A stretch of DNA of 64,000 nucleotides from Nitrospirota bacterium (GTDB lineage Bacteria; Nitrospirota; UBA9217): NCBI GenBank assembly GCA_963737155.1, contig CAVTRN010000002.1, positions 1,856,001 to 1,920,000 of the forward strand, written 5' to 3'. The number at the start of each line of letters is the position of its first letter. Position 1 is the stretch's first letter. Of the stretch, positions 60,870 through 64,000 are shown one piece after another. The notes below the pieces were generated by a model, which worked only from the letters and a program-made list of their open reading frames with translations, was not told the DNA's origin and did no database searches. A program made the position numbers and the translations under genes.

Positions 60870-62126
60870 TTATGCAGCCTCCTTGAACTGAAATGATGTC
60901 CTGGAGTAATCAAAAACACTATTATCTCGCACGATGGCAAATATGATCCGGAGAAGCTTGCGTGCGACAGCGATCAAGGCCTTGGTCCTTAGCATGCCCC
61001 GATCAAGGTATCTCTGATATTGATGTTCCATAACGCAACCCTGACGAACCATATTCATCGCGGCAAAATATAAGAGTTTCCGCATCAGGGGACGACCACG
61101 CTTGGAAATACGACGAGTCCCCCGGTATTTGCCGGAGCTGACTTCAAATAGATCCAGACCGGCGAGTTTCATAATTTCCCCGATGGTGCTGTACCTCCGA
61201 AAGTCGCCCACTTCACCGATGAGGCCAGCAGCGGTAACCTCACCTATTCCCTTGATCGAAAGAAGAGAATTGCTGTAGGGAATCTGTTTAAGATGATGAC
61301 TCATTCCCTTTTCCAGCCCTTCCGTAAACTTTTCAGAGGCTTCCATGGCAGCAAGTATCGCTTGGGTTTCGAGGAGGATGCTCGCTTGGCCCTCGACCAC
61401 GCCTATGGACGCTTCCGCCGCTTCATAGAGCGCTTTGGCACGGTCTTCATTCAGTCTTCCCCGGCTCACCTTTCTCATTGTTCCGCTCAGATTATCAAGA
61501 CCGTATGCAACAAGATGCTGAGGTGTCGGGTAGTGCTTCAATAAGTATTGTGCGGTTGCAGTCTTTACATTTTTTACCACTTGGAGAAACTCGGGGAAGA
61601 TGATCGCGATTAAGCTCTGGAGTTGGTTCACCAATGCCGTATGACGCTCCGTGCTCCTTTCCCTAGCCTGAGTAAGCCTTCGAAGTTCAGCAGCAGACCC
61701 TTCCGGGATCACGACCGTAAGGGCACGGCCAAGCTCTATGATATCTGCAATGATCTTCGGGTCTTTCTGATCGGTTTTGTTCGGAGAATTACCCTGGAGC
61801 TCCTTGACTCTTTTGGTATGCATGGGATTCACTTGCACAAGTCGCACACCCCGTGCTTTCATGAAATGTACGAGAGCCTCTCCATACGGGCCGGTGGACT
61901 CATACCCAAAAACAATCTCATCAAGGCGATGAATCTCCTTTGCCCTTGATATCCGAGCCCAGAACTCCCAGCAGCCGGCTCCGTTATTTGGAAAGGAGAA
62001 GGGCTTCACGTCAGTCCCATCTGGGCAGCGCCAGTATCCAAAATGCTTGTCTTTGCTGATGTCTACCGTCACGATAAGGGCCTTCCCATTGACTATCTGT
62101 TGTTTTTTTGTTTTAATGATCTTCAA
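60870..62126 (-). CDS. IS110-family transposase/recombinase (DEDD + Tnp20)
   Basis: VDISK, YESTG, NKTDQKDP, SIKGIGEVTA, GL...SSG...ISKRG. Confidence 0.95.
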   Translation of the reverse strand: MKIIKTKKQQIVNGKALIVTVDISKDKHFGYWRCPDGTDVKPFSFPNNGAGCWEFWARISRAKEIHRLDEIVFGYESTGPYGEALVHFMKARGVRLVQVNPMHTKRVKELQGNSPNKTDQKDPKIIADIIELGRALTVVIPEGSAAELRRLTQARERSTERHTALVNQLQSLIAIIFPEFLQVVKNVKTATAQYLLKHYPTPQHLVAYGLDNLSGTMRKVSRGRLNEDRAKALYEAAEASIGVVEGQASILLETQAILAAMEASEKFTEGLEKGMSHHLKQIPYSNSLLSIKGIGEVTAAGLIGEVGDFRRYSTIGEIMKLAGLDLFEVSSGKYRGTRRISKRGRPLMRKLLYFAAMNMVRQGCVMEHQYQRYLDRGMLRTKALIAVARKLLRIIFAIVRDNSVFDYSRTSFQFKEAA

Positions 62127-62395
62127 GGCTATACCCCTTTCTCTGATTTATTTACCAACTCGCCAGCTGGTTTTAAATCAAGAAAGAGTATAGCCTTCTA
62201 ACTAAACTTTTTCTACTCTTCTACAATATAGCAAGCTGAAGCATTTGGAGTTGTCAATTTCAGCAACAATCAAGACTTCATCCCGAATTTATTGATGCAA
62301 AACTTGTAATACCCACTCTCTACTCACAGTTATTTACAACGCGATTTTCGGACTTCATGACTGAAAAGATACCGATAAAAGAATACTATTGAGGA

Positions 62396-63547
62396 CTATA
62401 CCGTGGTTGATTCCTCGGTGATCTCGTGGACTGCGCATTTAGGAAGACTGAAACCAAAAATGCTTCCTTGACCGGGGCTACTGACAACCCACATCTCGCC
62501 CCCGTGCGCCTCGACGATATTTTTTGATATTGTCAGGCCGAGACCAGAACCCTTCTGGTCGTGAGAAACTCGGTAGTATGCATCGAAGAGGAAAGGAAGC
62601 TTATCAGCCGAGATTCCCTGCCCAGAGTCCTGAACCTCGACACGCGATTGCCGGTCCGTTTCGAGAGTCTTCACGACGACCAGACCACCCGCCCCGGTGT
62701 ACTTCACAGCGTTGTTCAATAGGTTCGTGACGACCCTGTTGACCATGACGATGTCGACATCGAGTGCGGGCATGCATTCGCAGGGCTCGTAGCGGATCAT
62801 AATGTTTTTCTTTTCCGCCTGGACCATAGCAAAATCTATCTGTTTCCGGATTAGCGCATCCAGATCACAGGGGGCAGTGTTCGGCTTGTATCCCTTCGCC
62901 TTCATCCGGGCATGAGCAAGGAAACTTGTCACCATTTGATCTATTGTCAGGAGACCATCAAATATACGTTCGAGCCGACCACGCGCATCATCGGTTTTTC
63001 CGGATAGAATCCGCTCGATGAATCCTATTGCGGGCACAAGAATGTTCTTGATGTCATGAGCGAACATGGAAAGCATGTTTTCCCGCTCTCGTTCAAGTTT
63101 TCCTATTTCGGCGACCTTGTTTTTCAACTCCATGCGGATTTTCTGCCGTTCGATGGCATAGCGAATCGCTTTAACGAACAGTTCACTGGAAAGCTCACCT
63201 TTGACTAAATAGTCCTGTGCACCCCGATTTACCGCCCGGAGAGCCATTTCTTCGTCGTCAAGCCCAGTGAGTACAATTATGGGTATGTCCGGAAACGCAG
63301 TATGTATCTTTATGAAAGCATCCAACCCACAACTGTCGGGCAATCCTAAGTCGGACAGGATGACATCATAGCGTTTCTGAGCGAGTCGCTCGATTCCCGT
63401 CGACAGTCGTTCCGCTCCGTCGATGTCAAACCGGACACCTTTCTTTCTCCCCAGGATTCGTCTGATTAGATCAGCATCATCTCGGTTGTCTTCCAAAAGA
63501 AAAACTTTTATTTCATCATGCGTGGCGATCATCAAGTCCGACTGCAT
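62396..63547 (-). CDS. Hybrid receiver-histidine kinase (REC-HisKA-HATPase)
   Basis: LLEDNRDD, SDLGLPD, GAQDYLVK; FAHDIKN; NLLNNAVKYT, DSGQG, GSGLGL. Confidence 0.93.
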   Translation of the reverse strand: MQSDLMIATHDEIKVFLLEDNRDDADLIRRILGRKKGVRFDIDGAERLSTGIERLAQKRYDVILSDLGLPDSCGLDAFIKIHTAFPDIPIIVLTGLDDEEMALRAVNRGAQDYLVKGELSSELFVKAIRYAIERQKIRMELKNKVAEIGKLERERENMLSMFAHDIKNILVPAIGFIERILSGKTDDARGRLERIFDGLLTIDQMVTSFLAHARMKAKGYKPNTAPCDLDALIRKQIDFAMVQAEKKNIMIRYEPCECMPALDVDIVMVNRVVTNLLNNAVKYTGAGGLVVVKTLETDRQSRVEVQDSGQGISADKLPFLFDAYYRVSHDQKGSGLGLTISKNIVEAHGGEMWVVSSPGQGSIFGFSLPKCAVHEITEESTTV

Positions 63548-64000
63548 CCCTCAGTTCCTTAATAATATTGTAATATAGATTACCATCATACGGGTAGCAA
63601 TATATTTTCGAGAGCAGTTAAGCTCCGCTGCCAATAGTCGGATCGTAGTTATTGGCCTATGAAAAAACCTCACTTCTTCGTCCTAATAAAGGAATATAAC
63701 CCGTCATGCAACAAAAAAGCCGAGCCCGTCGAGGGTATATCCTTTGCAACCCCATCTTTTCTCACGGCCGCCGCTTTCCTTGCCCATCTTGCGGAGGTAT
63801 CGACATTTTTCAGAAAATATAATTCTACTTCAAGTAATCACTACCTAACTCTTAATTTTTCTCCTGTCAAAGTCTATTTCTAACTGTAGATGTACTGCAT
63901 GTACCTTTTGAGGTTAAATATGCTGTGAAAAAGCCCTTGATACATTACCTAACCCCTGCAAAAATGGGAGATCTTGCCAACACTCCTCAAAGTGAATTAC

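Larger units (their letters stand above)
60561..62232 (-). mobile_element. IS110-family element; ends approximate
   Basis: Recombinase gene with structured non-coding ends; alternative boundary marked by the ATATAGC direct repeat at 60446 and 62226. Confidence 0.75.

Overview
A 64 kb bacterial chromosomal window. The gene content and order (lepA-lepB-DUF4845-yicC-remA-gmk-rpoZ-coaBC, selenocysteine formate dehydrogenase, rubredoxin, archease-RtcB) suggest an anaerobic or microaerophilic Nitrospirota- or Desulfobacterota-like organism; this is inference only. Positions 1-47 kb are mostly housekeeping and redox genes: manC, pmm, glucokinase, lepAB, coaBC, ppx, a thioredoxin-fold/radical SAM/archease/RtcB cluster, a rubredoxin/globin-PsiE/CBS/HPP/Rrf2/peroxiredoxin cluster, prmA, aldolase, dnaE, tRNA-Cys, tRNA-Gly, htpX, a Sec-containing FDH operon, hsp20-lon and lipA. 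Positions 47-64 kb are accessory: glycosyltransferases, an SPFH protein, a large surface lipoprotein and a hybrid kinase, among many mobile elements and decayed genes. Several things are not evident from the ORF track: a rubredoxin gene, UGA read-through with a SECIS in fdnG, a 1-nt frameshift in gmk, an IS1182 with IRs and a TAAA duplication, an IS200 with at least two non-autonomous palindromic derivatives, remnants of TnpB, IS3, IS21, ISL3, Fic and caspase-like genes, and an IS110 whose 3' non-coding end folds like a two-loop bridge RNA. No CRISPR array or rRNA was seen. All calls come from motif reading by eye; no database search was run.
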